Source: Phoronis australis
Lineage: Eukaryota > Animalia > Phoronida
Direction: 5' to 3'
NCBI GenBank assembly: GCA_002633005.1
Contig: NMRA01000073.1
Span: forward strand, 768,150 to 832,149
Length of the DNA stretch: 64,000 nt
Numbering within the stretch: the first letter of the stretch is position 1; every line of letters begins with the position of its first letter. Shown piece after piece: positions 26,901 to 40,007 of the stretch. The notes under the pieces were generated by a model. The model had not been told where the DNA came from, ran no database searches, and saw only the letters and a program-made list of their open reading frames with translations. The translations under genes were made by a program, and so were the position numbers.

Positions 26901-29900
26901 GATATATCACACGGAAAATTTTCCTCTTGTTTGTCATTGGTCATTCCAAGCCCTGTCGTCAATAATCGCCTACATAATCTCAACATTTGAGTTGAAAATC
27001 AGCATATTTTTATCAGTAATTCTATGTGGTCACTGTTCTCAAATCAGTGATCACTCTTGCCTTGCTATATATTTCACAACAGTGATGTCAAACTTCTAAT
27101 TAGATATTATCAGGCAGCTAACTTTCTCGAATTACTAGGCAGAAAAAGCCATTGTTTGTATAAATTGTTCCAAGCAAAATGCAGCAAGTGTAAAAAGGGA
27201 ATTAATTTCATCTTTAAGGGTTTTTTATCAGTTTGGCACATTCTACTTTCTAAAAGATTATTTTGAACCTTTTCTATGAAAATGAATTAGTAGAAATTAG
27301 CAATTCTTTAGTCAGTTCAAGTAAGCTGTGGGCTCTTGTTTTTTCCTTTGTGATAACTGTGTCCCATGGCCAAGCTGTCCACCACAACCCTGTTACATAA
27401 CAATTACACATTTGAAGTGAGCAGTGACATCAGATACAGATAGTGAAATTCAATTGTGACCAGTTCATGACTTGTGGCTTAAAGAACTGTTATTTTTCAT
27501 TGCTTTCATTTTAATTCATAAGAACTTAATAACTATCATGGTTAAAAACACTTCTCATATCACATAAAATATGCAGAATTTACCAGAAACACCTTCTAAA
27601 TTAGCCACTTCTAAAAAAATGATGGCATTTGCCCCTTGCTTGAGGCTTAACGCCCACCCTTGTAGACCTAGAAGTCAGTGTTTTTATTTCTATTTCTATC
27701 TGTGAGGGAAGTATTTTCTGTATTGCCTCAGATGAATCATCCCAGGTTTTGTTACACGTTTGTCGTGGTGACGTTAAGTGTGTGTTACTACGCCATGCTT
27801 CAGGGATGAAAAAATTAGTTTGCCCAGTTTCTAAAAAAAATTTTTGAAACCTTGAGAAGATTAGATGAGGAAGTGTGTGAAGACGCATTAATTTTATGTT
27901 TATTAGAACTAATTCACTGTTTTTGTTTCAATTGAACTGGCACGTTCATTTTTTGTTAAAGGCATCATGGACCTTTCATGTTGACTTCTTTTAACTAACA
28001 TGAAATTAATAGAAATAGGCTGATTTCACAAAATTTACAGTAAAAGACCTAATTCATTTTTCATTTTAGCCATTAATTAAACATCTGTTGTTATCTTTGA
28101 TTCTCAGGAGGCTGAACTGCCCAAGAGTGAAGTGACCAGAATTGTCCAAGACATAGCCAAGGATGTATGTTAACTTTGTCTGTTATTTGTATTGTTACGT
28201 TTATCAAAGATTTCTGAGACCTGCAATCATATATTAGGACTCAGAGTATTGATTCTGGGAATTATTAGTGTATACTTACTTTGTTAAAGACATCACTGTT
28301 TTTTTTTTCAGAATACTGCATTTTGTAAAATATAGTGATGCTGTAATTACTATTACTGACTTAGAGTTTACTCAATAGCATGTAACTTCACAGGACAATT
28401 ATTTAAATTTAGTGATGTGCAAATGACATTTTTTTTCTAAATTTTATCATATTAGTCAATATGGCTGGGGTTGGGTGGCCCCAGATACATATCCTTACAA
28501 TACAATTTACAGTATATCATACAGAACAGTTATTTTGAATCAGAACTCATAGTGATTGGGTGCTCAATTAGCATAAGTTCATTATGCAAATGAGAAATGG
28601 TATTCAGGGTACAGTTGAGACAGCTAGTAAGCAGTTTTAATGAAATGCAGTTTTTTGTTTTTATAAAATAAAATTGTTTGTTACAGGACACTTTAAGTCA
28701 AGAAGACAAGGAACGACGGCTAAAGGAGAAGATCACAAAGCAACTGACAGGAAGGGTAACCACGGTTGTATTATCTTTAAAAGGGTACACAGAACAGAGG
28801 TCTGTCTCATGGAAAGTGGCTTAAGAGTTAAGTCGGAAATTTGGTACTATGCTCCACACAGATATTTCTGAAATATAATTAAATCTCACTTGAGCAAAAA
28901 TGCAGTCTCTGAGAATATATATTTACTGAATTACTGTAAATTATTTCTTTGGCTCGTAATTACTTGACTGAACCTCACAAATTGTAGAGTGGGAGGGTAA
29001 GACCAGATTTCTGTCTTAAGTCTTAGGCACTTTTCATAAAACAGACCCCGCCGCGGTACTGAGTTCTATTTTCCCAATGGATTTTAGCATGATCACATCC
29101 TTCGCTTGTGATTCACAGTGATACTTGGCAAAAATTTTCGCTTTATTTTGCATTTTCACACATCTCCGGAATGCACACTTGCTGTTAAGGCTGTATGTAA
29201 CCTTAAAGGCGAAGGCAACCTTTTTCCATGTCATTTTGAGCTAAAATAAGGTTGGTTGGTTATCCTAGACGTATTTTTCACTTAATTACAGCTTTTCGTA
29301 ATTTTATTAATTACTCGTCCGCTTTTCCGGAAGTGACGTTTTAGGAGGCAAGCGCTTCCCGCCACTTGGTTTTGCGTTGAGCTTACTGTGCGAATCTGTT
29401 CTATTCTACTTTTGTTTTGTGCTATTTTTCACCAATTGTCGCCACCACTTTCCATCGGCGAGTATTCNAAACCCACAACAAATGTATTCTATGTTTTGTA
29501 GAAACCCCCAAAAAACGTATTCTATGTTTTGTACAAACCCGCAACAAACATATTCTATGTTCTGTATTGGCTAAGATGTCTTGTTGCTCGTACTGAAGTT
29601 GCAAATTGTGCTTTTTTCAGAATATCATGCGGATGCCTTGTCCTCATACTTCATTTCGGTAAGAAGTGTTCCTGTCAGTCCACTTTCCATAGCATTTGGG
29701 GTGTGTACCGCCCTTTGACACCTAGTGAAGGGTGTTTGCAATACGATCTCAGAAACCATCTAACTGTTCTACAGTGTTTCGTTTGCCAAATGTTACCCAA
29801 CTTATTTCATCGAGATGTTAAGACAGCCTTGAGTCTGGTGTGACAGGATCTATACTCTTGGATCAAAATACTGCGTTAAGTCTCATCTTTCCACCCACTT

Positions 29901-32900
29901 CTCTCTATCTGCCAGTCATTTAAAAGATTTGCAAATAATTTAGGGCCTAAAGAAAGCATCCCATGCTTTGCTGATTTTTAAATGGATACTAGATATCCTG
30001 GTTTTCTGCGGTTATGGAAAATAGGTGGAATTCTCAGAATCTGACTTCTTTCACGGAATTATAAATTTCAGATGAAATTTTTATATTTCAATAGCAAGCA
30101 GCATAATTCTAAATAAAATGTTTTCCTTTTAATTATCATAAATTGAGACTAATCCATAAAATTCAATATCATAGGAGACATGACAAGTAGTTATTCATTG
30201 TTTCTGACGGCCGTGCTGTTTTTTGGGGTTTTGATAATGATGCAGCAAGTCATCTGTAAAACAGAGCTGTGACATTATTCAGTACTTTGAAACTGTAAAA
30301 CAGAAAACGGAATGTTATGTTTGCTAGAATGGATTATGTGACTGTTAACTTTTTAAAAAGAGAAAACCATCATCTAGATACTAGGTTTTGTCTAGTGCTC
30401 CCCTACCCCTAGTGGCCATTTTATTTAAAGATTTTATTGTCTGCTGTCTAGTGTCGTCAGCTTCCAATCCTCATCTAGACTTCATTCTGTCAATGACAAC
30501 TCCAGAGTAGTGTTCCTTTGACCAAATTTCTTGCAACAAAAGCAAGATCTCACAAAAAACAACTTGAGTGAAAGGCGAGTGTTTCACCAGTTTTGCTCGG
30601 CAGCTTATTAAACTATCATAAAGATAGCAAAATGGCGGCCATTGAGGTGATTGGTCGATGGGGTTGGAATGTTGCATTGTGGGATTGAGTTCACTCCTTC
30701 CACTCGAGGAGCAAAGATTTTTTTGCTGTAAGTAAAGCTAGTGTCTTGCAGTATACGTAACACAACCCTGATAAAAGGAATAGTGTTGTGCAGCTTGGAG
30801 ACACTGTCTTGTATTTCCTCTGTGTTGGCGTCTCTGTCCACCAATATCCATAAGGGACGTATATCTGGACGGAAGAATGGTCAGCTCTTGCCATGTTTGT
30901 GACAAACCTGACAAGTGTTGCTCTCCAATGACAATTTTTTAAATTAGTAATTTGAACTGAGCCATTTCCCCCTTGACCATATTGTATACAAACTTTTTTG
31001 TGGAGTTCACTTTTTTGGAAGTTTTGAATTCCAAAAATAAAATGAGGCTTGACAGCTTTATGTACACTCGTGCATTTTAGCTGGGTACATTTTTCCGTCA
31101 TACTTTGTCTGCTGCTATGTCTCCTGAACATAGCTGACATTAATTTCCCAGCAAAAATCTGAATTGCTAGTGGAAATTTCGGTTGCATTTTCGTCTAACT
31201 TCCAAGTCCTTTGTTGAATCATTGGCTTGTGTTAGAGTAAAAGTTATACAGTTTGAGGCAGTGAAAATTTACTTTGCTCAAGATGGGAGCCATCCCAAAT
31301 TCAAGAATTATAAAGATGAACGATGAACAAACATTCACCTTGATGTTATTCATGAGGATGCATGAAAATGTTGCGTTCGCAACAAGGCTTCAACTTCGTA
31401 CAATATCTTGTTGCTAGATTACTCACTTGATTTGTTCTTCAGGTTTTTCAAGACCTTTGTCAGTGACCTCTGTTGTCAAACTTTGGAGCATTATTATTGG
31501 TCTCCGATTAATGCCTGTGTTACTCTTTTCAGCTTCTTTCCATCAGACTTGGCACTTCTCGAAGGTAGGGTTTATGTTTCACATATGTCTCTTGGTGAAG
31601 AAATATTATCTTCATGAAGCTGTGTTTGCACAGAAAAAATGATGATGACAAAAATGGTTATTTGTTGCGAATAGATTTGTTATTTCTAATTGACTTATGT
31701 TATATAATATATGTGATTAGGGTTAATTATTATGTAGATGTTCATGGCTGATTTAAATGAGGGGAAATCACACAGTCTTCAAAGACTGGCATAATGAAAA
31801 GCCCTCTCACCTTTAAGGAAGTCTAGATTGTATCAATGGGGGGTGGTTGTGAAGCTGAAGTTAACATGGACATTCGAAAGTGAAAGTTTTGAAATTTTGG
31901 GGTTGGTTGTTGGGCTGAAGATGGTCATTATCCAAAACAAGTATGTTACCGCCAATTCTGGACCAGCTCAAAAAATGACTGAAAAAAATGAACGGGGATT
32001 CCCCTCTTTTCTTAGGTTGCGGTGGGGATATGCAAGCCACTGACTTTACTGAGCTGTGTCAGGGATTCAGCAGCCTATTTCGGTCTGGATCAAACAGTTC
32101 AGATGTAGTGACTGTAAAATATGTAGAGATGTACCCCCATTTCTAGCTCAATGCACACTGCTGATGTTAGTGGTATCAATAGAAGTTTTCATCAGAAATG
32201 CTTTTTGAATTCATTTTCCCATGTCGTTTAGGAAGGGGTGTTAATTTTCAATTTCTGTTTTCTTTCAGATCAGGCTAGAAAGAAAGAGAACCGTATCCCC
32301 AACATTGAAATTCAAACATCATTTGGTATAGGGGATTTTTTGAGAACTGGTAAGATATTATTACTAGCAAGCACATGCCTGATCTTGTGGCCTACACACG
32401 ACTGTTACACCAACAGGTATCAAACCATCTGTAGAGTCCATGACAAAGGTAATCAGATAAAATACCATTTCCCCATCAGGATGGCTGATTCCGTTTTCAC
32501 AAAAAATGGCAGATAACGACTGTTATTGCCGCAAATTTCAAATTTCAAAATGGCTAAATCACATTCATTTTTAGCAGCTTTCCTGTTAGTTTCTCCTAAT
32601 GGTCGTGGTGAAGACTGCTCCGGCAATGATTTTGGATGTTGCCCAGAATTTAAAGCAGGAATTCTACGTCATTTTCTGTGAAAATTTTTTCAATTTTTAG
32701 CATTTGCCATAGGAATTAGTCAGGGGGTTTTGACTGAATGAATTCAAGAGCGCCTGACATTTTTAAAAGTAGGTTAGTCATGCAATGTGTTTTTGTACCT
32801 CCAAAAAAGAGGAGAATTCAATTGAGGCTGAGCCTATTAGGAAGTGGTGTTCAGAAAGTTTTGGTTGGGTAATGCACAAGAACTCAAATGGTACCCCTGA

Positions 32901-35900
32901 AAGGTTTACAAAAGGTGGGGTCTTAGTAGAACACACTCCAAATGTGTGTACACGTTATTTTATTTTCAGCTTTGTTTGGGAACTTGGAATCAGAAATAAC
33001 TTAACTGATTGTACTCCTCATTGGGTTGCCAAAATAGGTTGACTTGACATGTGCACATATATGTAGTATCTCTATCAGAGTTCACTATTACAGGCTACAG
33101 AGCTATGTCAACAGGGTAGATTGGAATTCAATTCCGCTCAACTTATGTAAACATGAAAAATTAAGAGCTCAACTCGTGGTGTTTTTTGGTCATTATTATT
33201 AAAGATTTAATTCTTCCTCATGGGTTTGCAAGAAGTAACGTTCTGTGTATCTTTTGGCAGAGAACAACCTGAGTGTGTCTTTTCTAAGGTTGCTAATGTA
33301 TCGTTTTCAGTTAACATTCCTGAGTTTCCAAATGCAAAAACTGAAGTTCGTTTGGAATTCAACGACAGGTAAGTCATCCTAAGGCTGCGCTTCTAGTATC
33401 TGTAATATCCATAATAAATTAAACACGTAGAATGTTGATAGCTCACTTACCAGTTTTCTCAACAGTCCTAAAAAACTTGGATGCCTGAACTGTGGCAACA
33501 AACATGTTCCACACTTTAATTTTTTTTGTATATGATATTTAAAAGTCTCATGGTATTTGTTTCCTCTTTTAACATCCTATACGGGCGTATTGGAGAAATA
33601 TAGCATTCATTTTGGCATGTTGGTGATTGTTTAAATAAATTTTGGAACCAATATCGGTTTTAGCGGTAATGGACTGTGTAGTTTTTTGTTGTTTTTGTTT
33701 GGATGGTGCAGGTACATGTAGCCTGATAACGAGGGGCTCGTTCTTAGAAAACTGGCTTAGTTATGACACATCTTAAGTTTCAGTCAGTTTTAAGAGAAAT
33801 CTGAAATTTGCCTCTGTCAAGTCTGTTTCAAGAAAGAGCTCTTTAGTTTAACTTAGGTTTTTTCTGCATTTTGATTAACTTACCAGATGTGGAAGTTTAA
33901 AGTTTGGAAGTTGAGACAAATCTTAGTCAAAATGAACTTGTGTCAGTTTCTTGGAACGTGCCTCAGTAACACAAACACAGTAATTTCTCGACAATTTCGG
34001 ACAAAAATAATTATGAAAATTGACCTGTTCTCATTTTTCAAAGGGTTCTAGCATTGTTGTGAATGTCAAAGATTCTCAGAAATTGTCTTATATGTAGTAG
34101 CAATGGAACAGTACTTAACAATTACAAAGCGTTTATTTGGTTTTACTCACCTTTTTGAGGAACGGAATTTCACTGAATCCACCATATCGTGTTCTAAACT
34201 GGTAAGATTCACGCTGTAATATTACTGTAACAGAATATTGTCAGTTATACCCATATTTTGTAAGTGTTGAACATGATGGAGAAAACTGTTAAGAAAAACT
34301 TAATAAGTAAATTGTAACTATTGGATCACACCAACATTTACATACAGCTGTAGTAATGCTGTATTCATGTTCGTCTGTGTACATAATAGGTACCTGCTTT
34401 TGACTGAATGTTTCTCATTTAGTTTCAGCTCCAAACAACGACTCGTGAAAACATGTCAAAAGGTTTTGTCAAGTATCTAGTGATGAGATTCTTGATCAGG
34501 GACAGAATTTAACCAGTAAATTTTGTTTAGGAATTTTAATTGCAATTAGTCCTCATCATGTGTTTCCTATGATAGGTCATACCGACTAAATTCATCTAGC
34601 AGCGGGGACGAAGACATTTCTAAAGGAACAAAGAGTAAAACTAAGAAGAAGAAGAAGAAAAAGAAGACGGCGGCCAATCGGGAATCGGGAGATTTTTCCA
34701 GTGCTGATGTTTTGTCGTCAGTAAACAAGAACACTGGCTCAAGTGTTAGTCAGAGCAATCAAGGGTCAAAAGTCACAGTAGAAGAAACAAATGTTTTTGC
34801 CTCTATGTTACGTGTCAGGCCAAAGACTGGTCCGTCGTCAAGCTCTAGTGTGAAAGAGAACAAGGACAAGGAACACGTTACTGAGAACAAGGGAAAGTGT
34901 TCAGACCAAGTGGGTGATGCTAGTACAACTACTTCAGTCAATACAAAACCACTGAAGCGGTGTAGGTGGTGTGACAAGGAAGAGCCTTCGCGGAAAACGT
35001 TTAAAAAGTGCGCCAGGTTAGCATCAGCCTACTTTCAAAATGTGGGGGCAGATCCAGGATTTTGAGTTGGGGAGGGGCAAGGCAGGGTATTAGTCATGAT
35101 TTTGCCCGTCAGACATTCGCACCCCTGAAGTGCCAAATCGAATATGGACCATGGCCCCCTTGCCCCCTCCCCCCAAAAATCCGCCATTGTAATGTAATCT
35201 GTGGTTTTCAAAATGTGATTTACAGAAAAACTCATTACAATAACTCCGACACGCTTGAGAGTATGGATGTTCTAGTCTGTACAAGTGGGCCTTCAGATTA
35301 GTGAAATTTCTGATAAAAAAACTTCAGGGTGGTTGGATCTGACTGCATTCTGTCATCTAAATTTTAAAGGAAACGTTACAACAGACTTCTGGTAGAATCA
35401 CTCATCTGAGCTCTTTTCAATTTTTGACGTAACGTAGGTGCAGCTGACGTCTTTGACGAGAAACTATCAATTGTTGGCTTCTAACTCATCACATTTACAT
35501 ATTCTGGATGTCGTCGACGTGTAAATGCTAAATAATCAATGTTATTCTTTCCTTTGAGAAAAATTATGCCATCATTTAGGTTTGGGAATCGAGCTCTCCG
35601 TTTCTCCACTGCTCCCTGTAAAGTGTTGATTCATGCCTATCTGGGTGTTTGAGCAATGCCATTGTCCTTGTCCAGTGACGTTTGTCCAGGTTATAGTTCA
35701 AGCTCAGTGCTTGATCTCAGCTGCCAGTCGGACTTTTCTGATGTATTTGGATACCCACAGTTGCCAAGCTTTCGCAGGTTGATATTAATGTATAATCAGT
35801 ACAACTCTAACCATTTAAAATGACATTAAACCTGTGTTCTCATGGTTTTTTGTGACATGCGAGCAGGTGTCACCACAAGTAAAGATCTGTGTTATTTTGT

Positions 35901-36411
35901 TAAATACATTGAAAGCAGAATTTTTATAGGCATTGTATACACGCTTGATTTTGAAAGACATGACATTTATTGCGATTAGTTACCCATTATTTTTTCCATA
36001 GAATGTTGACTCTTGATTGGTGGTCTTCACATATGGAAAGAGACTGGATGTGGCCTTTGTCATGTCATGTGACTTAATCATGTGATGTGTCTGTTTCAGG
36101 TGTAGAGATGAAGGCGTAGCATCTCCTAGGTTTTACTGTGGAAAAGACTGTCAGAGTGAGTTTTACTTCCTTAAGTTTGAAAGTTTGATTTATGTATCAC
36201 ATAATGAATAGCTGGTATAAAAATTAAAATGATACCTTGAATTGAAATAGTTTATTAAGTTTTGTCCCAAAAATACTAATTGTATGTATGACTACATGTT
36301 ATAGTGCATTGTTAAATGCGATTTTTATGTTCTGTTAATTTTCTTAACTTTTTTTCAGTTTCCGATTGGCATTCGAAACACAGAATGGAACACAAGAATA
36401 AATTTTTTTGA
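23929..36411 (+). CDS. MYND-type zinc finger protein (~317 aa), micro-exon-rich
   Basis: Phase-consistent exons 23929-23935, 26481-26511, 27083-27113 (GC donor, uncertain), 28108-28164, 28687-28755, 29621-29658, 31533-31564, 32269-32349, 33311-33368, 34576-35016, 36100-36155 and 36359-36411 (TGA). C-terminus CRWC..CARC..FYCGKDCQISDWHSKHRMEH is a MYND finger; a poly-K basic tract is present. The last nine exons are well supported; the first three are tentative. Confidence 0.78.
24590..24977 (-). pseudogene. Decayed THAP-domain transposase fragment related to the Kolobok element at 40808-42485
   Basis: Minus-strand translation with stops and frameshifts: GVPFHQF...IRSWFIDVQNATLPIHATAKVM*NFRACGKF...LKKAAI...PSARNACLK. 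This is colinear with GVPLHRF...RRTWLVRVKNAALPVHATYKAVENYRVCGKHF...LKKDAI...PPPRSAFLK of ORF 41076-41702. Confidence 0.8.
25549..25679 (+). mobile_element. Small GC-rich MITE, copy 1 (CAGTGGCGGATTT... family)
   Basis: Homologous to 43852-44015 and 35043-35189. TIR-like ends cagtggcggat / atctgcccttg. Confidence 0.75.
29207..29467 (-). mobile_element. Kolobok terminus (KolX-side TIR plus subterminal region), truncated at an N
   Basis: TTAA (29203-29206) followed by aggcgaaggcaacc...; near-identical to the reverse complement of ~42225-42485. Homology stops exactly at the N at 29468. Confidence 0.9.
29469..29567 (+). repeat. 33-bp minisatellite, 3 units
   Basis: aaaccc.caa.aaa..tattctatgtt.tgta. 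units at 29469, 29502 and 29535. The array begins right after the N, so it may be longer. Confidence 0.85.
33733..33964. mobile_element. MITE (ggggcccgttccaagaaactgac-type TIR), copy 1
   Basis: Colinear with 58179-58409 (shared atgtggaagttt.aaagtttggaagtt...gtcaaaatgaactt..gtcagtttcttggaac). The ends are imperfect inverted repeats. Confidence 0.7.
35043..35189 (-). mobile_element. Small GC-rich MITE, copy 2 (reverse orientation)
   Basis: Reverse complement of the 43852-44015 family. Flanks aaatg/taatg resemble a 5-bp TSD. It lies 26 bp downstream of the MYND exon donor. Confidence 0.75.
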
Positions 36412-38845
36412 AAGCAATTTTAAGTTTTGTTTTTATCAATTGTTGTAAATTTTTGATATGAAATTTCATTGGATTGAATACTGTATATTCAAGTACTTGA
36501 TTTGAGAAAGAATTTGAAAGTTTCCTGTCTCACTCAATTTTGCTGTTATTGCCATGGCAACTGTTCCTTTAATATCTAATGGTATTTTCAACACTGCCAA
36601 AATTTTGAAAATTGAGATTGGTTTACCATTAGTTATGTTGTAGTTTTTTCATTCGTTGTCATTGCATCACATTTGATAGAATTTTTAGTGAATGTAAGAT
36701 ACGACGTTTTAGTTGGTTTATTGACGTCTGTGCTCTCAAGTCACCAGATGGATGAGGTTATTTTGAAGGATCAAACCTTGAAGCTTTGAATGATTGACAA
36801 GGACCAGGCACTGCCATTTTCATTAGGTATAAAGTGTTCACCCTTTTGGACCCCCTCCCCCTGAAAGTGTGCAACAAATGTTGATATTGCAAACTGTGTG
36901 TATGTATTAGCAATGAGAAATCGGCCTTGATGTCCACATTTAAGATTTACGGTGAGATTTATGTTCTTGTCATACTGTAACTTTATGAAAAGCTATAAGC
37001 ATTGAATTTCGTCTTTTCTCATCACATTTTTGAAAAGGTTGCATAGTCTAGCTGCCACCCTCATCTCCTACCTAAAACCTGTGTTTTGTACATTGTTGAA
37101 AATCATAGCAATGACAATTATTGTGAACCTTTCTCTTTGTGTTAATGTGAGGGTTAGAAATGATGGTGTCCTCTGGCTTAACATTCTGTCAAATTACAGT
37201 GTTGGACAAATGGCCATCTGGACAAAGATAAATGTCATGTTATCTATATTTTTTCTTCAATATCCACAGAGTGCATGCAGATAATATCAACAGTATTCTT
37301 CAGTGTTGTTGTACCAGTGACCTTTGAACCTTGCTTTATTGTGGTAAAATTTTATCAGTTTTGCAAAAAAATTAGTGACCAAAACTGTGAATGCCCACAT
37401 CACAAAGTGTTGCCTGATTGTAGGTAAATGGTATTGAAGTTGAACTTTACAAAGCATTTATTTGGTGCGATTTTTGAAAAAGTAGAATTTCACATGTCCC
37501 GGATATTGTTTACGAAATTGGTGAGATTCTACCATAATACGGATTTTTTTTATTGGTCAGCTGTTCAACTTTCTGTTTCAGTGACAAAATCTTAAGAAGA
37601 CTTAATTTAAATTGTCTCAGTTTGAAGGCGTACTTTGAATGATCAGATTCGTTGTTTCTACAACATCTTTATGTTTATTTCATTTTCATATCTCATGATA
37701 GAAATGTGCTGAAAGTTGAAAAACTTCTTCAACTGACACATCAGCAGAATATGAAAGCCCATCAGTGCTAGAAAAATATGTTTTGAATCTGTTACAATTA
37801 TAGATTTGCAATATGTTATTGTACAGATTGTCAGTATGTTACTACAGGATGTCAATAAATTGTTATGCATTTACCGTCTTTTATTTTAGATTTCGTAATC
37901 CTCTTAAAAGGGATTTCAAATCTGTAATTAGCGATCTCTTAATGGATTTACTAACCACGGTTGAAGTATTTACCCGTGCTTCTAGACTTGTGTAATGTTG
38001 ACGGACCCGTGTCATATGAGTGAACGTATCCTATAGTATCAGTTTGGGGATCAGCAACCGCCTGACGACTAACTTGTATGGTTTGCAGAAAACCACAATG
38101 TGTGTTTGACAACTGAAAGCAAAGTCTTCATAGAGATCTGAAGCATGGAGATCTTTTTCGCGAAGTTATCACAGCAGCATTTATTAAAGAGATGTATGCA
38201 TTCGGAATGTATCCGAATATATACAGGGAAGTCATCCACCATCTGTTTTAAGAGTCTTAGATCTCAACCAATCTGTAGAGCAAGACAGACGCTTCAGACG
38301 TGTGTATCGAGTAAGACACCCTAGCTGCGTGTGTGTGCCATATTGACTCTTATGGTATATTAAAGCATGACCTCGTTCGAGGCAGATATCATGGTTGGAA
38401 GTGATACCAACTCAGTGATCAGAAGGCTATCGCTGGCGAATAGTTACTTCAGATCGCCGATAGCCTTTTAAAGTAAGCCAAGTTCTCCATCACGGTGAGC
38501 TCATTCGCCAGTCTTTGGCTTTTGTCAATGTCGGTGATGTTTACTCTAACGAACCACTTCCTGTTACCTGAGCATTTTCTTCTCGAGTTTCCTTCTGGTT
38601 TGTCAGTACCCTTAGCTTTTTGTCTTAAACATTTGCTAGTATCTTCGCGTAGAGGTTAAGCAAGGCTTTTTGGATCTCGACGGCGGTATGTGCCACCATC
38701 GATCTGATTCCATTTCTACAGCTTCAGACTGGCTGTCTGGTGATGCGGTCAAGGAACGGCCACTGTCTTTGTCACCCTGGCAGGCAAGAGAATGGACATA
38801 GGCCGGGGCCTGCTGAGGCTCATCTGTCGCCATTAGTTCCATGAG

Positions 38846-39330
38846 GTGAGGATGCTATTGTGGGTTGCGACTGATGGCTCCTTCTTGACTAACCACAATC
38901 TCGCGGGTTGTGGCTACCACATCTGTTCAATCAATACCACTGCTGATGAAGGATCTGGATGCCACAATAACACCAACACCACTCGCATGATGGCCATACA
39001 ACATGCTGTCGTCAGACTCTCTCGGCTGGATCTTGCTCCTGGCATTTTCATCTTCGCAACATTCTATGACTGTCCTGTCAAAGATATGCTCTGGCAACCT
39101 GGCATCTTACTGGACCATTTTTCGTGCCAAGCATCCATCCCAGGCTGTGGTGTGGACCTATGTGCCTGGTCATGTCGGCGTCACTAGCTGGCTGGGGCAT
39201 CTTACAGACAACAGTCCTCCCAATCTGTAATGTGCATCTCCGACATCAAGCTTTTGGCTACGCATTCTTCCATCGTCAGCGTCTATCGATTGTCTACCTG
39301 TGGTGACGGGACCCGCATCTTGAACTCTGG
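38846..39330 (+). mobile_element. Decayed RNase H domain of a non-LTR retrotransposon (I/Ingi/Nimb-like)
   Basis: VATDGS...GCGYHI...TTRMMAIQHAV followed, after a frameshift, by WTYVPGHVGV. These are the DGS, ExxAI and WVPGHxG motifs of LINE RNase H. Confidence 0.65.
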
Positions 39331-39360
39331 AATTTTAGTTTCGACCTGCACCTCCCGCCG

Positions 39361-40007
39361 GGTCCAGGGGCATACAGAGGCGACTGAAAAACCAACAGCT
39401 AACGGGCAACTCCAGTATTGGAAATAAGCGTATAATGCTGTCAGGATGGAAGTGTGGCGAGATGACTAGTGCCGTCGCACACTGTCTACGGACCCAGTCT
39501 GTGATAGGTAATTTGCAGCAAATACAATGTTCAACAATGGCAATGCCACGCATACATATCCGGAGTCATTGCTGCTATCATGTAAAATCGTTTGTAACAA
39601 AACATATCGTATCTTTCCATATTTCCCACTGATAAAATATATCAAGATTCGTCTCATTTTTCCAGTATATATTGAGGACCATACATTAATGCAACATCAG
39701 ACCCACCAAAATGAAAATGAGCGTTCAAAAATTTCAAGCGAGTTCACTGGACCTTAGTGTGTGGAACTGACGGGTTCACATTCTGGATCGTGTAAAGTAA
39801 CACCGCAGGGCTGGCTTGCATAAAACTTATCTGCTGGACAATTTTGATTGACATCAAATACAAGTGGGTCCAGGGGCATACAGAGGGGACTGAAAAACCG
39901 GCAACATCACTATTGGAAGTTTGTGTATAATGTTGTCAAGATGGAAGTGTGGTGAGATGATTAGTACCGTCGCTTTCTATGACACAGTCTGTGATGGTAA
40001 TTTGCTA
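39361..40007 (+). repeat. ~150-bp imperfect direct duplication (39361-39518 and 39867-40007)
   Basis: Both copies read ggtccaggggcatacagagg.gactgaaaaacc...gtataatg.tgtca.gatggaagtgtgg.gagatga.tagt.ccgtcgc...cagtctgtgat.gtaatttgc. Confidence 0.8.

Noticed and set aside
30471-31188. Cluster of minus-strand ORFs (up to 165 aa) in a MYND intron
   Set aside because: No domain motifs or coding-like composition; probably repeat-derived.
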